DNA of 64,000 nucleotides, from positions 1 through 64,000 of the forward strand of contig CAVYGN010000001.1 of assembly GCA_963768055.1 (NCBI GenBank), given 5' to 3'. The first letter of the stretch is position 1; each line of letters opens with the position of its first letter. This stretch comes from an uncultured Spirochaetota bacterium (lineage in GTDB: Bacteria; Spirochaetota; Brevinematia; Brevinematales; JAOACQ01). Shown here in pieces: positions 29,414 to 39,563 of this stretch. Both the position numbers and the translations under genes were made by a program. Under the pieces are notes generated by a model. The model was not told where the DNA came from. It ran no database searches and saw nothing but the letters and a program-made list of their open reading frames with translations.

Positions 29414-31261
29414 CTAATAGGGCACAGAAACAATAAAAGGTAGTTTTATTGTAAATACGGCTCCTTTATCCGGTTCGCTTTCAACCTCAATTCTGCCGTT
29501 ATGCTTCTGGATGATCTCGTAACATAAGCTTAACCCAAGACCTGTCCCTTTACCTATTTCCTTCGTGGTGAAAAAAGGTTCGAATATGTGCTTCATTATT
29601 TCTTCACTCATTCCTTTACCGGTGTCGCTTATTTTGAGCTCTATACAATTTTCAATAGATTTTGTGATTACCTTTATCTCTCCTCCATCAGGCATGGCAT
29701 CTATTGCGTTGTTGCATAAATTCACTACAACCTGCTGTATCTGATTCTTATTGACAATTATCCGCGGCAGTCCGCCTCCGAATTCTTTGATTATATCAAC
29801 GTTTTTTATCTTTGCACTTGCTTCTACAAGGGATAATGTCTCTTCAATGGTCTGATTTATATCGATCTCTTCGCTTTTTGTCTTCTCCATTCTGGAAAAG
29901 GTCAATAAATCCACTATCATTCTCCGACACCGCAAAGCCTCACGATCAATCGATTTTAGCGGCATATACAGGGGGTCGTCCTCTTTGATTCTTTTAATTA
30001 TGCTCTGGGCAAATCCCAGTATAACCCCTAAAGGATTATTGATCTCATGAGCTACACCACCCGCAAGCTGCCCTACAGCCGCCATTTTCTCCGACTGAAT
30101 AAGCTGAGTTTGAGCTGCCTTTAACTTTTCATATGCTTCCTGCAATTCCCAGGCTTTTTCCTGCAACACTTCGGTTCTGGCTTTTTCCGCTGCAATCTCC
30201 CGTTCCCTTTCCTGCAATTGAAGAATCTTTCTCATATCTCTGGCAACGCCAACTATGCCTATATAATTTCCTTCTTTATCTTTCATCGCCGAACCTGAAA
30301 AACTGACCGGAACATATTCACCGTTTTTTGTTCTAAAAGAAATTTGCTTATCTCTTAAAGAATCTTCTTTAACTAATATATCCAATTTACCGGCGGCATC
30401 CGAGGCCGTTTGTTCCGGAAATAGTATTTCAACCGGACTGCCGATAAATTCCCCTCTTGTATACCCAAGCAGGTTCGATATGGCGTTATTTACTTCGATG
30501 ATTTTCCCTTCTATGTCTATAAGGATTAAAGAATCGCTCATTGTGGCAAGAATTTCGGAAGCCGCATAGGCGGGAGTAATGATCATTAATCTGTATTTCG
30601 TAATCCCATAAATAATTGCACTGGCCAGGATAAGCGCCAGGATGCAGCCAATTGAGGGAAAGGAATAAATATTAAGCCGGGGGAGAATAATATCAGTAAT
30701 TACAGCTGATATAAAAAAGATATAACCGGATGAAATAGTTAATTTAATCCTTTTTTCAAACAAATAATTTCTTTTTTTTATTGTAATATAACCAATATAT
30801 AAAACGGTGATTGGAATTGAACAATAATAAGCATAAAAAAGCCATGGCCAGGCTGACTCTGACCATAAAGGCGACCAGCCGTAAGATTGTCTTATAATAT
30901 CGCTGATAAGGTATCCTGTCCATTGTTTATATATAAAAAGGATTGTAATTGAAAAGATGATAAAATAAAAATACCATTTACTTAATATTTTTTCCCTATT
31001 TGTCAAAACAAGTGAGAGCCAAAGAGCAAAAACCGCAATACTGCACCAGCCGAACGAGGAAATATTCAGCCAAAAGATGGCAATATCATGAGAAACCGAG
31101 CTCTGAATAAATACAAAAGCAAAATTCCAGACCGCAATACTGGATATAAGCAACACGCAAACTAATTTCGAAAGAGCTTTTAAATTCTTAGTCAAGATAA
31201 AAAAAATCATCCATATATTGACAAGGAATACTGTAAAATGAAACATAGATAATAGATTCAT
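29414..31261 (-). CDS. Sensor histidine kinase (7TM N-terminus, PAS, HisKA, HATPase)
   Basis: GGVAHEINNPL, NLCNNAIDAM, DTGKG, FEPFFTTK, GTGLGL. Confidence 0.95.
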   Translation of the reverse strand: MNLLSMFHFTVFLVNIWMIFFILTKNLKALSKLVCVLLISSIAVWNFAFVFIQSSVSHDIAIFWLNISSFGWCSIAVFALWLSLVLTNREKILSKWYFYFIIFSITILFIYKQWTGYLISDIIRQSYGWSPLWSESAWPWLFYAYYCSIPITVLYIGYITIKKRNYLFEKRIKLTISSGYIFFISAVITDIILPRLNIYSFPSIGCILALILASAIIYGITKYRLMIITPAYAASEILATMSDSLILIDIEGKIIEVNNAISNLLGYTRGEFIGSPVEILFPEQTASDAAGKLDILVKEDSLRDKQISFRTKNGEYVPVSFSGSAMKDKEGNYIGIVGVARDMRKILQLQEREREIAAEKARTEVLQEKAWELQEAYEKLKAAQTQLIQSEKMAAVGQLAGGVAHEINNPLGVILGFAQSIIKRIKEDDPLYMPLKSIDREALRCRRMIVDLLTFSRMEKTKSEEIDINQTIEETLSLVEASAKIKNVDIIKEFGGGLPRIIVNKNQIQQVVVNLCNNAIDAMPDGGEIKVITKSIENCIELKISDTGKGMSEEIMKHIFEPFFTTKEIGKGTGLGLSLCYEIIQKHNGRIEVESEPDKGAVFTIKLPFIVSVPY

Positions 31262-31522
31262 CTAATCAAACCTTCTGTATACATTCTAGCTTGAATAAAC
31301 AATCTGTCAAGAACGGGGACCTATTGACAAAATCATTAACGCGCTTTATCCGGAAAATTCAAAAACATTAAGAGAAAAATATACAAATATTAACCCGTAT
31401 TTCCCGGATGAAATTTTGTTTTCGTAAAGGAAATATGATATAATTCATTATCAATATAAGAATAAGATGATTAAAAAGCCATGAAAAGAGAGGGAACTTA
31501 AAAGAAATATGAGGTTTGAAAT

Positions 31523-32626
31523 TTGAAAATTCAATTATCAGTCTTAACAATCCTTTTTTTATTCCTGGTTGGTCCGAATTTCTGTCATACCTGCACCGTC
31601 TTTTGCCTGGAGAATGCTGATAACCTTATTGTAGGGAGAAATTATGATTGGAATTTCGGGGGGGGGATGCTGGTTATTAATAAAAAAGATCAGGTAAAGA
31701 CAGCGTTTGCATACTCAGGGGAAGGTAAAAGCACAAATAACCTGGCCAGATGGACCTCAAAATATGGGAGTATAACTTTTGGGTACGGACGGGAGATCGC
31801 CTTCAGCGGCATTAATGAAGCTGGATTGACTGTAGATGTATTGTGGCTGGATCAAACTCAATACTCGGGAAATGATTCGCGGCCGAGCGTCAGCGTCGAT
31901 CAATTCGCGCAATTTATCCTTGACAATTACAAAAACGTCGATGAAATCGCTAAAAGCGATAAGCTGATACGCATAAGACCCAGTATAACCGGCATTACTA
32001 AAGTTCACTTTTTTGCTGTCGACAGCTCGGGCAGCAGCCTGGCCATAGAGTTTTTAAATGGAAAAACGGTGTTTCATTGTAAAAATACTATGCCTGTAAA
32101 GGTTATGGCTAATGACGCTTATGAGCAATCTTTACTGCATTTAAAAAAGTGGCTATCGGGGAAGTTAATGGGCGGGGATGGAGGTATGGGGATGAAAAAT
32201 TATGTCCCTTCCTTAACAAGGTTTGACACGGCAGCTTCAATGGTTTCAAATTGTCAAAATGCCAATACGGCAGATATTGTTAAGTATGCCTTCACAGTCC
32301 TGGATTCAGTACAGCAGGGCGACCATACAAAATTTAAAATCGTTTTTGACATTAAAAATCGTACCATATATTTTAAATCGCTCCAAAATCCGAAATTGAG
32401 ATATTTCAGATTTGACAGCTTCGATTTTTCAAACCGGTCAAATTCTAAGATGCTGGATTTAAATTCCAACCTTGAGGGAGATGTAACTTCCAAATTTATG
32501 GAATATTCCACTATTACCAACGAATCTCTGTTCAATGCCGCATTGGAAGACCTCGGTTATACAAATATTGTTTTGCTGCATCAGTTTTCGCAATACCTGG
32601 ATACATTATCGTGTTCTGAAAAGTAG
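31523..32626 (+). CDS. Secreted linear amide C-N hydrolase (choloylglycine hydrolase/penicillin V acylase family)
   Basis: Signal peptide followed by CTVF..GRNYDW, GINEAGL, RF motif. Confidence 0.88.
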   Translation: MKIQLSVLTILFLFLVGPNFCHTCTVFCLENADNLIVGRNYDWNFGGGMLVINKKDQVKTAFAYSGEGKSTNNLARWTSKYGSITFGYGREIAFSGINEAGLTVDVLWLDQTQYSGNDSRPSVSVDQFAQFILDNYKNVDEIAKSDKLIRIRPSITGITKVHFFAVDSSGSSLAIEFLNGKTVFHCKNTMPVKVMANDAYEQSLLHLKKWLSGKLMGGDGGMGMKNYVPSLTRFDTAASMVSNCQNANTADIVKYAFTVLDSVQQGDHTKFKIVFDIKNRTIYFKSLQNPKLRYFRFDSFDFSNRSNSKMLDLNSNLEGDVTSKFMEYSTITNESLFNAALEDLGYTNIVLLHQFSQYLDTLSCSEK

Positions 32627-32737
32627 GTATTAATTTGCTACAGGGGCCAATTATGCTTCCCTTAATATGCCTGTACAAAAGAGTGCATTGAATGCAGCAA
32701 GAGGCCTCTAACCGATCATAACAAATAGGGGTTAAAC

Positions 32738-33817
32738 ATGAATTATGAAATCGAACAAAGCGAATCAAATAAGGAACAATCGGGAAATAAATATCATGAT
32801 TTATTCAATTCCATCCGGGACGGCCTTGTGCTGCTGGATGAAGACGGGAGGTTTAAAGAATGTAACAAAGCTTTTATAGATATAATCGGTTATACTGAGG
32901 AAGAGCTAAAAAATATGAAGAGTTTAGACGTTATTTCAGGTAAATGGAGAACAACATACAAGAATTTATCAAAACAGGTTTATGAAAAAGGGAACAGTGA
33001 AGAATTTGAAAGGAGATATATTTGCAAGGATGGCAGATCAATTGTTGTACTTATCAAGGGCTGGCTTGCATATAAAAATTTTCAGAATCTCGATATCTGG
33101 ATTTTATTTCATGATATTACTTTCAAGAAAAAATTAGAGGGAAAATTATTTGATAACGAACAGAAATACCATTCTATCTTCGATTCAATAAATGTTCCCG
33201 TTTTTATAATCGATGGTGAAACCAGGAAAATACTTGATGTTAACCGCAATCTTCTTGAAACTTTCGGATATATGAAAGACGAATTGCTGAATATGAAATT
33301 CGAGTTATTTTCTATGGAACCTTTAACTTCAATAGAGATGATTGATGAAATTATGAAAGGGAAAATAAAACAGATACCTATTCGATGGTACCTGAAAAAA
33401 AATAATGCTCCGATTCCTGTGGCAATCACCATAGGAACTTATTTATGGGATGGTAAAAAAATTATTTGCGGTATTATCAGGGATATAACAGATTATTTGA
33501 ATGAGAATATAAAAAGCACCAATCTGATAAATAAGATCAGCCAGCTTGATATAGATATTACAGATTTTATGAAAATTTTAAAGACAAATTATGTCAGTCC
33601 GCCGGCAATAAATTTCATAAGTTATGGAATTACCGAGAAAGAGCTCAGGACTATTTTTCTTATTACACAAGGTCTGAGCAATAAAGAAATATCTGAAAAA
33701 TTATTCATCGCCGAGATAACGGTAAAAAAACATATATCATCGATTTTTAGAAAGCTGAATATAAAAAAGCGTGCAGAATTAATAAATTTTATAATTAATA
33801 ATAAAATTAAAATCTGA
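32738..33817 (+). CDS. PAS-PAS-LuxR transcriptional regulator
   Basis: Two PAS folds (GYTEEEL, GYMKDEL, RDIT) and the GLSNKEISEKLFIAEITVKKHISSIFRKL HTH. Confidence 0.92.
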   Translation: MNYEIEQSESNKEQSGNKYHDLFNSIRDGLVLLDEDGRFKECNKAFIDIIGYTEEELKNMKSLDVISGKWRTTYKNLSKQVYEKGNSEEFERRYICKDGRSIVVLIKGWLAYKNFQNLDIWILFHDITFKKKLEGKLFDNEQKYHSIFDSINVPVFIIDGETRKILDVNRNLLETFGYMKDELLNMKFELFSMEPLTSIEMIDEIMKGKIKQIPIRWYLKKNNAPIPVAITIGTYLWDGKKIICGIIRDITDYLNENIKSTNLINKISQLDIDITDFMKILKTNYVSPPAINFISYGITEKELRTIFLITQGLSNKEISEKLFIAEITVKKHISSIFRKLNIKKRAELINFIINNKIKI

Positions 33818-34101
33818 TTTGTCTTTTCTATACTTTTATATATACAATTCTTATACGTTAGTATAATAGTTTTAAGATCTTTTTTAAATAATAATTTAAT
33901 CAATTGTTGACTATATTTAAACCAAAGTTGTCTAATAATCGCCTGGCGGTTTAATGGAACTAGCCTTTATACTTTTTATATACCATAACTATACTTTAGG
34001 ATAATATCTTTAAATTAGAGATATTTTATAATTCTATATGATTCTGAATATTGTTTAATCAGGAATTATAAAGCAATTGTGATTCAAAAGGAGTTATATA
34101 A

Positions 34102-34470
34102 ATGAAATTACTGGTAATTGATGATGAAATAATTTTCCTGACATGTTTGAAACAGGATCTGGAAAATAACGGTGATGATGTAAAAATCACTACTTCCCCT
34201 GTAAAAGCTCTGCAATACTTTAAAGATGAATGGTTCGACATTGTGATTACGGATTTGAAAATGCCTTTGCTGAGCGGTATAGATTTGATGGAAATATTTC
34301 ATAAAATAAACAACAAGGCAATTGTCATTGTAATGTCTTCCAGCGATGATGAAGAAACAATAAAGATTGCATTAAATTGCGGCGCTTACGGGTTTTTAAG
34401 GAAAGAATCCATATTGGCCGAACTGCTGGAGATTTATAAAAAAATCAACTTGGACAGGATGTCAACATGA
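34102..34470 (+). CDS. Single-domain response regulator
   Basis: LVIDDE, DIVITDLKMP, GAYGFLRK. Confidence 0.9.
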   Translation: MKLLVIDDEIIFLTCLKQDLENNGDDVKITTSPVKALQYFKDEWFDIVITDLKMPLLSGIDLMEIFHKINNKAIVIVMSSSDDEETIKIALNCGAYGFLRKESILAELLEIYKKINLDRMST

Positions 34471-34856
34471 ATGAGAATATGAATAATTATTTAAAAGAAA
34501 TTATCGAAGCGTTTATTTGCGGTATATTTAAGGATATCACCGATTATTTAAATGAATATAATAAAAAAATTAATCTGACAAATAGAATTAAAAAATTTGA
34601 TGAAGATATAACAGATTTTGTAAAAATATTAAATAATGATTATATCGCTAAAAAGTCATCAATTTTACTTAATTATGGAATTACTGAAAAAGAAAGGAAC
34701 ATTATTATTCTTATTAATAATGGTCTTAGCAACAAGGAAATATCGGACAAATTATGTATTGCCGAGGTTACAGTTAAAAAACATATTACATCGATTTTTC
34801 AAAAACTTAAGATTAAAAAACGGACAGAGTTAATTAATTTTATAATAAATAACTGA
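34467..34856 (+). CDS. LuxR-HTH protein, paralog of the C-terminus of 32738-33817
   Basis: ICGIFKDITDYLNE...GLSNKEISDKLCIAEVTVKKHITSIFQKL. Confidence 0.88.
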   Translation: MNENMNNYLKEIIEAFICGIFKDITDYLNEYNKKINLTNRIKKFDEDITDFVKILNNDYIAKKSSILLNYGITEKERNIIILINNGLSNKEISDKLCIAEVTVKKHITSIFQKLKIKKRTELINFIINN

Positions 34857-34968
34857 AATCAAAGCCAAAAACCTTATTTCTATATCATATCTACACTTCG
34901 GGATAACACCTTTAATTCCCGAATAATTTATAATTCAATAGTTTGTTATATTTGCAGTGGGGGAACAA

Positions 34969-35346
34969 ATGAAATACAGGGAAATTCTTATTATAGATGA
35001 TTTATCTACTTCCGGAATAATCACACAACGATGTTTTGAAATAGCCGGGTACAGGGATTTAAAATATAAATTTGCCGGAACCTGTAATGAAGCCTTATCA
35101 GAATTAGATAAAAGCGACTCTGTTGATCTTATATTAACTGAAATAAATTTGCCTGGCATGAACGGAGAAAGTTTCATCAAAAAAGTCAGGTCAAATTACT
35201 CTGAATCTGCCATACATATAATAGTTGTATCGGGTATTATAGACAGTTCTGTAAAATTAACACTCTTCAGGGCAGGTGCAAATGCGATTATAAAGAAGCC
35301 GATTAATCCGGTTAAGGTTGTGAAAATCATGGAGGGGCTTGCGTAA
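34969..35346 (+). CDS. CheY-like receiver protein with Glu at the phosphoacceptor position
   Basis: ILIIDD, DLILTEINLPGMNG, GANAIIKKP. Confidence 0.85.
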   Translation: MKYREILIIDDLSTSGIITQRCFEIAGYRDLKYKFAGTCNEALSELDKSDSVDLILTEINLPGMNGESFIKKVRSNYSESAIHIIVVSGIIDSSVKLTLFRAGANAIIKKPINPVKVVKIMEGLA

Positions 35347-35381
35347 TCAAGTGTACAGACAAGTCCGGGGCAATCACGGTA

Positions 35382-36653
35382 TTAATTATCTTCATTGACC
35401 GAATCTCTGCGGAATCCGGTCAAAGCCGCAAGTGTAAGCAACGCCGCCCCTGAAAGGTAGTAGCCTACAAACTGCAGGCCGTAACGTCCGGCGAGCCATG
35501 TCGCGATATACGGCGCGAGCGAAGCGCCAAGGATGCCGGCCAGGGTGAATGACAGGGAAGCGCCGGTATACCTGACCTGGGTGGGAAATATGTCGCTCAA
35601 TGCGGTTCCCAGCGGCCCGTAGGAAAAACCCATCAACAGCAAACCCGCCGTAAGGAACCCGATGGTAATCAGGAGATTGCCTGTACTAAAAAACGGAGCG
35701 AATATCAAGCCGAAAAGAAGAATTGCAGCCGTTGTTATTATCAATACATTTCTCCTTCCGTAGCGGTCAGCCAGAACCCCGGAAACAGGAACCCCTATCG
35801 CAAAGAAAAGGACTGCTATCAACTGCGCCGCAAGAAAATCGGAACGCGGGTAATGCAGTTTAGACGTTCCCCAGCTTAAAGTAAACACAGTCATCAGATA
35901 AAACAGCACAAAAGTTGTGACCGCCGCGAAAGTGCCCAGGAAAAGGACCCAAGTATGCTTCAGCAGAACATCCTTCATCGGTATCCTTACACGCCGGTTA
36001 TTTTTTATAGCTTCGATAAAAGCCGGCGTTTCTTCCAATTTCAAGCGAACGTATAAGCCTACCAAGACCAGGACCGCGCTCGCAATAAATGGAATGCGCC
36101 AGCCAAAACTGAAGAACTGTTCGTCTTTGAAAATACTGCTGAGTATGAGGAATGTTCCGCTGGATAAGATAAAACCGATAGGCGCGCCAAGTTGAGGAAA
36201 CATGCCGTACCAGGCGCGTTTGCCGGAAGGAGCGTTTTCTGTCGCCAGTAAAACGGCCCCGCCCCATTCCCCGCCCAGTCCCAGTCCCTGCCCGAAACGG
36301 AATACAGCCAGAAGTATAGGGGCGAAGATTCCGATCGACGCATAGGTCGGCAATAGGCCGATTGCCACTGTCGACGGCCCCATGGTCATCAGCGACGCCA
36401 CTAATGTAGCCTTACGGCCGATGCGGTCTCCGAAATGTCCAAAGAGGGCCGCTCCCACAGGCCTGGCGAAAAATGCCAGTGCGAATGTGGCCAGGGATTC
36501 GAGAACCGCGGTATTGGGATCCGCAGACGGGAAAAACAATTTCGGGAATACCAGAACCGCTGAAGTGGCGAAAATATAAAAATCAAAGAATTCAATAGTG
36601 GTGCCGACAAGACTCGCCACCAATATCCTTGTCCGGGAATTTGACCGATTCAT
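35382..36653 (-). CDS. MFS transporter, metabolite:H+ symporter (ShiA-like)
   Basis: GTTIEFFDF, GDRIGRK, GLGGEWGGA, WRIPF. Confidence 0.95.
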   Translation of the reverse strand: MNRSNSRTRILVASLVGTTIEFFDFYIFATSAVLVFPKLFFPSADPNTAVLESLATFALAFFARPVGAALFGHFGDRIGRKATLVASLMTMGPSTVAIGLLPTYASIGIFAPILLAVFRFGQGLGLGGEWGGAVLLATENAPSGKRAWYGMFPQLGAPIGFILSSGTFLILSSIFKDEQFFSFGWRIPFIASAVLVLVGLYVRLKLEETPAFIEAIKNNRRVRIPMKDVLLKHTWVLFLGTFAAVTTFVLFYLMTVFTLSWGTSKLHYPRSDFLAAQLIAVLFFAIGVPVSGVLADRYGRRNVLIITTAAILLFGLIFAPFFSTGNLLITIGFLTAGLLLMGFSYGPLGTALSDIFPTQVRYTGASLSFTLAGILGASLAPYIATWLAGRYGLQFVGYYLSGAALLTLAALTGFRRDSVNEDN

Positions 36654-36772
36654 GGGTATCTCCTAAATACTTGGCCGAGGGTGTTAATTTAGAATATTAT
36701 ATTTTATCAAATTAAAAAACAAGTTTTTTAAACGGTGCCTGAATGGGCTTGCTCCCGCAGGGATAAATCCGG

Positions 36773-39334
36773 CTATTTTATCAATGAATTCATAAAGGAC
36801 TTCAATTCTTCAGAATCTATTATTGTCTTATTGGTTTTCTTTTGCTGTTCCTTAATAAATTGTATAACCAGGTGCGTTAATACAGCCCCGGGCCTGGGAT
36901 AAGCTGCCACAATATAATGCGATCCCTCGGTTAATTCTCCATCTTCTTTTTCATATTCGGCCCTGAGATTGTCCGGGGTTATTAAAGAATTGGCATACTG
37001 GAAAACAACCTTGTCCATTGCCTTATATACTTCTTTACTTTCTTCGGTCATGCCGTAATAATCGAGCAATTGAGCAAAAACATAATTCGATGTTGTATAA
37101 ACATCCTGACCCTGTTCTGATTCCACCGCTTCCCCGTTCTCTGTCCGGCACATTGCCCAGCCCATAGTTGTGCGGTTATTCTCATAGATTGTCTTAAGGA
37201 TTTTTTTAGCCCTATCGCCGGAGATAAAAGATTCTTCTCCAATCGAGATCAAATACCACAGAGCATCGAGCTGGTTGGTCCAGATGTCCGTATTTGTTCT
37301 TCCTGTTTTAGGATCGAAGCATGTAATGTAATACGAGAGCTTTCGGCCGTTTTTACTCTTTTCTTCTCTCCAAAGTTTTTCAAAGCTCTGTGAGGCTTTT
37401 TCAAATACCTCACGGCAATGCTTTTTGGATTTTTCATCTTTCATCATTTCCGCCATTTTAATCATGGCCTGGCATCCCCCCAAAAAAGTAGTTACATCAT
37501 AAGCGTCTACGCCAAATAAGGTTAAATTATCAAAGGTATTTTTTACTTCATTGGGATTGCCTTCGGGAACCCCATCCCCGTCAAAATCCAGCGTCAGCAA
37601 ATATTCCAGTCCGAATTTAAGCGTATCCCAGTTTTTCTTTAAGAATTCAGTGTCGCCCATGAACTTAACATCGCGTAATACTCTTAATACCAGTTTAGGA
37701 AATAGATCGATCCAGTAGTTATTATTGTACCATGCATAATCGCTGACATTACGCAAGGCATGGCCCTTGGGTAAAGCTCCCACATCATGAGCCACACTTC
37801 CCTTTATCTTAAAAGCGCCTCTTATCTGGGTCATCGGCTCGCCCTCGTATTCTTCCGGATAATCATAATAATGTTTCCTCGCTTCGACAAAAGACGAGTG
37901 GTAATGATAGAAGCGTGGAGTAGGATCTTCTGCCAATATCGAATCGATAAAACGCTGGCAGAGTTCTTTTTCTATATTGGGAAACAGGATAAGCAATACC
38001 ATAGAATACCAGTCAACATCCGAGGGATCGATATAAGCGTAATCAAAACATTCCAGGAACCTTGCAGAATCGTTGCCGTCCCCGTCTTCGGTCCAGACCG
38101 CGGCATTTGATAAAGGAAAGCTGAATTCGTTCAAAATCAATCTAGTCAGCCTCAAAACGCCATCCCTGTCGTTTTTATATGAAGGACTTTGCCGGATCAG
38201 ATCAAAAATCCTGTTCTGTATTTTTGAAGTCCGTTCTAACCATATGGGATAATTATCCAGTGCGATTTTTACCATATCCAAAGCTCTTGTTTCTTTGTTC
38301 TTGAAACTTTTTACATATTTACGTTCAAATACTTTTCCGTCAATATAACTCTGTTCCGGAAAGTCTAAAGCTACGGCAAACGGTATCGACACAACAGCTT
38401 CCGGTTCAAGCGTAAAAGTAAGACTTATTGCTGCACCGTAATCCTGCTTTATCTGACGATCTCTTTTTTCATAAAAAGTACCGTTATCATTTAATAATAA
38501 ATCCTGTTTAAGCCGGTTTAAGCAAAAATAAGGATGTGTATCGATATCAACATTTTTCATTTCAGGCACAGCGATGACCATCCTGTCCCGGCATTCCCTG
38601 CTGCCAAGAATCACTCCTCTCATTCCGCCGGATTTAAAATCCTCATGTACATGACCTTTCACCGGCGTTGAGCATGAATAAACCGAATCCTGATCAGTAG
38701 GTTTCAGTTCCTTTTCCTGAAGATTTACCAGGGATGGCCTGGGTATCACCAAAGTAATTTTCTGAGCCTTTTTAGTATTATTCTTTATTTCATATTCTTC
38801 CACACCGACAGGCATCGCTGTCTGTAAATTTCCGGACAGGAAAGGCGAAATATACTTCCTTGTTACACTGATTTTTTCCAGTTTATATGTTATTTCCAGT
38901 AAAGGTGTGGCAATGGAAATAGTGATCCGCTTTTCCGGTATTGCCGGATGGTAATAATTTTTCAAGGCCGGTACATCATCAGGAGTCTCAACAACCTTGG
39001 GGTCTTTTGCAGTGAGCATAACATATACATCTTTCTCGTCTTCCATGTCCTTGTCGGCAAAGATGCGGATAAACGGCGCCGAGGCAAACTGGATGGAATT
39101 TTGATTCAGTAAAATCAACCTGCCTGCATCATTGAATCTATTGTATAAACCATCGGGAGATATACCTATGGAGCAGGTAGGAGCCCCCTGAAGGGCAATG
39201 GTATGCGGAAATTGAAGCGTTTTAGACATCCCCTGAAAATGGACCGTCATTTTATTTGTTTTATAAATCTCACTTATCTGTGCTCCAGAGATCGTAAAAA
39301 CATCGCTGATATTTAAAGTGTTAGATTCCGGCAT
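36773..39334 (-). CDS. Glycoside hydrolase family 116-like protein
   Basis: FLECFDY (nucleophile region), AHDVG, WIDL.PK, DFDGDGVP..NTFD, YPRP. Confidence 0.8.
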   Translation of the reverse strand: MPESNTLNISDVFTISGAQISEIYKTNKMTVHFQGMSKTLQFPHTIALQGAPTCSIGISPDGLYNRFNDAGRLILLNQNSIQFASAPFIRIFADKDMEDEKDVYVMLTAKDPKVVETPDDVPALKNYYHPAIPEKRITISIATPLLEITYKLEKISVTRKYISPFLSGNLQTAMPVGVEEYEIKNNTKKAQKITLVIPRPSLVNLQEKELKPTDQDSVYSCSTPVKGHVHEDFKSGGMRGVILGSRECRDRMVIAVPEMKNVDIDTHPYFCLNRLKQDLLLNDNGTFYEKRDRQIKQDYGAAISLTFTLEPEAVVSIPFAVALDFPEQSYIDGKVFERKYVKSFKNKETRALDMVKIALDNYPIWLERTSKIQNRIFDLIRQSPSYKNDRDGVLRLTRLILNEFSFPLSNAAVWTEDGDGNDSARFLECFDYAYIDPSDVDWYSMVLLILFPNIEKELCQRFIDSILAEDPTPRFYHYHSSFVEARKHYYDYPEEYEGEPMTQIRGAFKIKGSVAHDVGALPKGHALRNVSDYAWYNNNYWIDLFPKLVLRVLRDVKFMGDTEFLKKNWDTLKFGLEYLLTLDFDGDGVPEGNPNEVKNTFDNLTLFGVDAYDVTTFLGGCQAMIKMAEMMKDEKSKKHCREVFEKASQSFEKLWREEKSKNGRKLSYYITCFDPKTGRTNTDIWTNQLDALWYLISIGEESFISGDRAKKILKTIYENNRTTMGWAMCRTENGEAVESEQGQDVYTTSNYVFAQLLDYYGMTEESKEVYKAMDKVVFQYANSLITPDNLRAEYEKEDGELTEGSHYIVAAYPRPGAVLTHLVIQFIKEQQKKTNKTIIDSEELKSFMNSLIK

Positions 39335-39364
39335 AAAATAGCTCCGAATTTTATATATTCTTAA

Positions 39365-39563
39365 GGGCAGTTCTAATAACTCAAGAATATTACCCTTTCT
39401 ACTAACAACTTACTCTTTAACTCTATATGCACTTGTGCCCGTTAGGGTATGCCCTATGGGGCGTACGTACCCGAAGGGTATTTATCCCCGGATGGGTTTA
39501 TCCCCGGTAGGGGAGGCTTCCTATCCGAAGGGCTTGTGCCCGTAGGGTATATTATAAGCGCCC
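39365..39563. mobile_element. MITE-like element with internal REP-like hairpins
   Basis: Ends GGGCAGTTCTAATA / TATTATAAGCGCCC, flanked by TTAA on both sides. Confidence 0.75.

Noticed and set aside
39478..39515. TTTATCCCCGG twice, resembling a reversed type I-E CRISPR repeat; similar partial matches near 36750 and 41493
   Set aside because: The matches are short, there is no repeat-spacer periodicity, and the first lies within a MITE hairpin cluster. Not a CRISPR array.
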